Assembly: GCA_002633005.1 (NCBI GenBank)
Contig: NMRA01000062.1
Span: 1,039,981-1,103,980 of the forward strand
Length of the DNA: 64,000 nucleotides
Direction of reading: 5' to 3'
From: Phoronis australis
Taxonomy: Eukaryota; Animalia; Phoronida
Below the pieces are notes generated by a model, which saw only the letters and a list, made by a program, of their open reading frames with translations, was not told the origin of the DNA and ran no database searches. Shown one piece after another: positions 62,572-64,000 of the stretch. Each line of letters opens with the position of its first letter. Within the stretch, counting starts at the first letter, position 1. The position numbers and the translations under genes are program-made.

Positions 62572-63453
62572 ATACAGTACACCAATCGAAGTACGTTTTG
62601 TATTTATCCCATACATTTCGAATTCCTAAGTTTCTTTCATTTTTCGGCAGATTTTTTTTAAAATACTTCAGTCAGACTGTTCACGTGGCGGATCACATCC
62701 TACATGTATGTACTTGAGCGGTAGATTGCAAGTTTTCTCTAGAGGAAGAAACAGTTTTAAATGTAACGATTTATTACTTAAAAAGATGTAACAAAGATGA
62801 AAACAACGGTAACAGCGCATTGAACTTGTAACATCCCCTGAAAGTAGTTAAACAAGAAATAGTTAAACAAATAGTTAAACAACAACATGTGATGTTATTG
62901 GGGACAAATAAAACAAGACAAGAATAATATATATGTTAAGTTGTATTGGGAATTCCATGGTCACAGCTGTACAAATAATTATTTCACAAAATGTACCAGT
63001 ACCTTAACTACGAGAGATTTGCGATACCCAATGTGTAATTCAGTGTCGGATACTAAGTGGCATATCTTAGTATAGTACCAAATGGGAACTAATAGGTACA
63101 TGTATAAAAATTGCGTAATTAGAAAAAAAACTTAGGAGTGAATGTAATGTTAACTGAGGCTATTATAGTTACCGAGGAATCGGCGCCTGAGTTACTGACG
63201 ATATAATAGTTAGCAATTGAATACTGAGACAGGGGTGTCATATAATTAACAGTTTTGTACCAGACGTTATGTTTAGGGCTTGATTGCATGTCGAGTGTTA
63301 TTTATACTACTCCAACTGCATTACTTTAAACTATGTCAAGGAACTAACGACTGAAAATTTCCACACGATAATCGAAATTAAGTCCCATTGTAAATCTCAT
63401 TATTTTTTAGACTTCCTAACTACATGACACTGGACTCGTCAGTGCTGTAAGAA

Positions 63454-63517
63454 ATGCCGCCAGGGAGGACAAAATGCCTGGCTTCGGGCATCGTGGTTCT
63501 AATGATGTGTCACCAAG
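63454..63517 (+). CDS. Probable first coding exon of a downstream gene (signal-peptide-like MPPGRTKCLASGIVVLMMCHQ)
   Basis: Acceptor ttttttag at 63410, strong donor AG|gtgagt at 63517 (phase 1), stops upstream of the ATG, basic then hydrophobic N-terminus. Confidence 0.45.
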
Positions 63518-64000
63518 GTGAGTTCTTTGAAAACACCGAACACTTGTTTTCACGACTCGGGCAATCTCTGATTTTTTTTCTAAAATCCCTAAAATGTACG
63601 TGTAAGTGTGTTTTCCCTTTTTCACTTAACCCTCAAGGAATATACATAAGGAACATAATCCATGCGACTATGGCTATAATAGGAAGTTCTGGATAATTTG
63701 ATTTATACCTGAAGAAGTTTTGCCTTAAGGTGAGAGAACTATGTATTAAGAGAAGAAACTAGTCAAAGAGAATTGTTGGTTTGGGTAGGAGCTTATTTTT
63801 TCAGTAATATGGATTAACAGTGCATATAAGAATGAGAAATGTAACCAACCAAACTTGTTTTAACGTTTCCCATGGCAAGATATATATTGATTTATACCCG
63901 CATCAATAAAAGAAAATGGTCTTTTTTATGACATTGAGTCTAAGAGATCAGATATTGGACGGATAGACGTACACCGTTAAGTCTATCACTCTCGAATACT

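Overview
Eukaryotic genomic DNA, AT-rich with GT-AG introns; probably a marine invertebrate, but the taxon is inferred and cannot be confirmed from sequence alone. Positions 1-~40,000 hold the 3' part of one very large + strand gene. I assembled 32 phase-consistent coding exons by hand (14,304 nt in total, >=4,767 aa; the 5' end lies upstream of the window). The product is a transmembrane mucin-like protein ordered as: Ser/Thr domain with 789-bp repeats, 2 Sushi/CCP, EGF, NIDO, AMOP, VWD (GDPH motif), Ig/cadherin-like spacer, about 15 EGF/cbEGF, a second Ser/Thr/Gln domain with 36-bp repeats, SEA (GSIIV motif), EGF, TM helix and a Tyr-rich tail. Its introns carry several copies of a Helentron-associated (HINE/DINE-1/pearl-like) element whose ~140-160 bp internal units each contain a co-oriented CTCF-like motif; this is the most unusual signal found. 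Positions 40-64 kb are mostly intergenic, with MITEs, a decayed LINE fragment, a tRNA-like SINE head, hairpins, a 38-N gap and a probable first coding exon of the next gene at ~63.4 kb.
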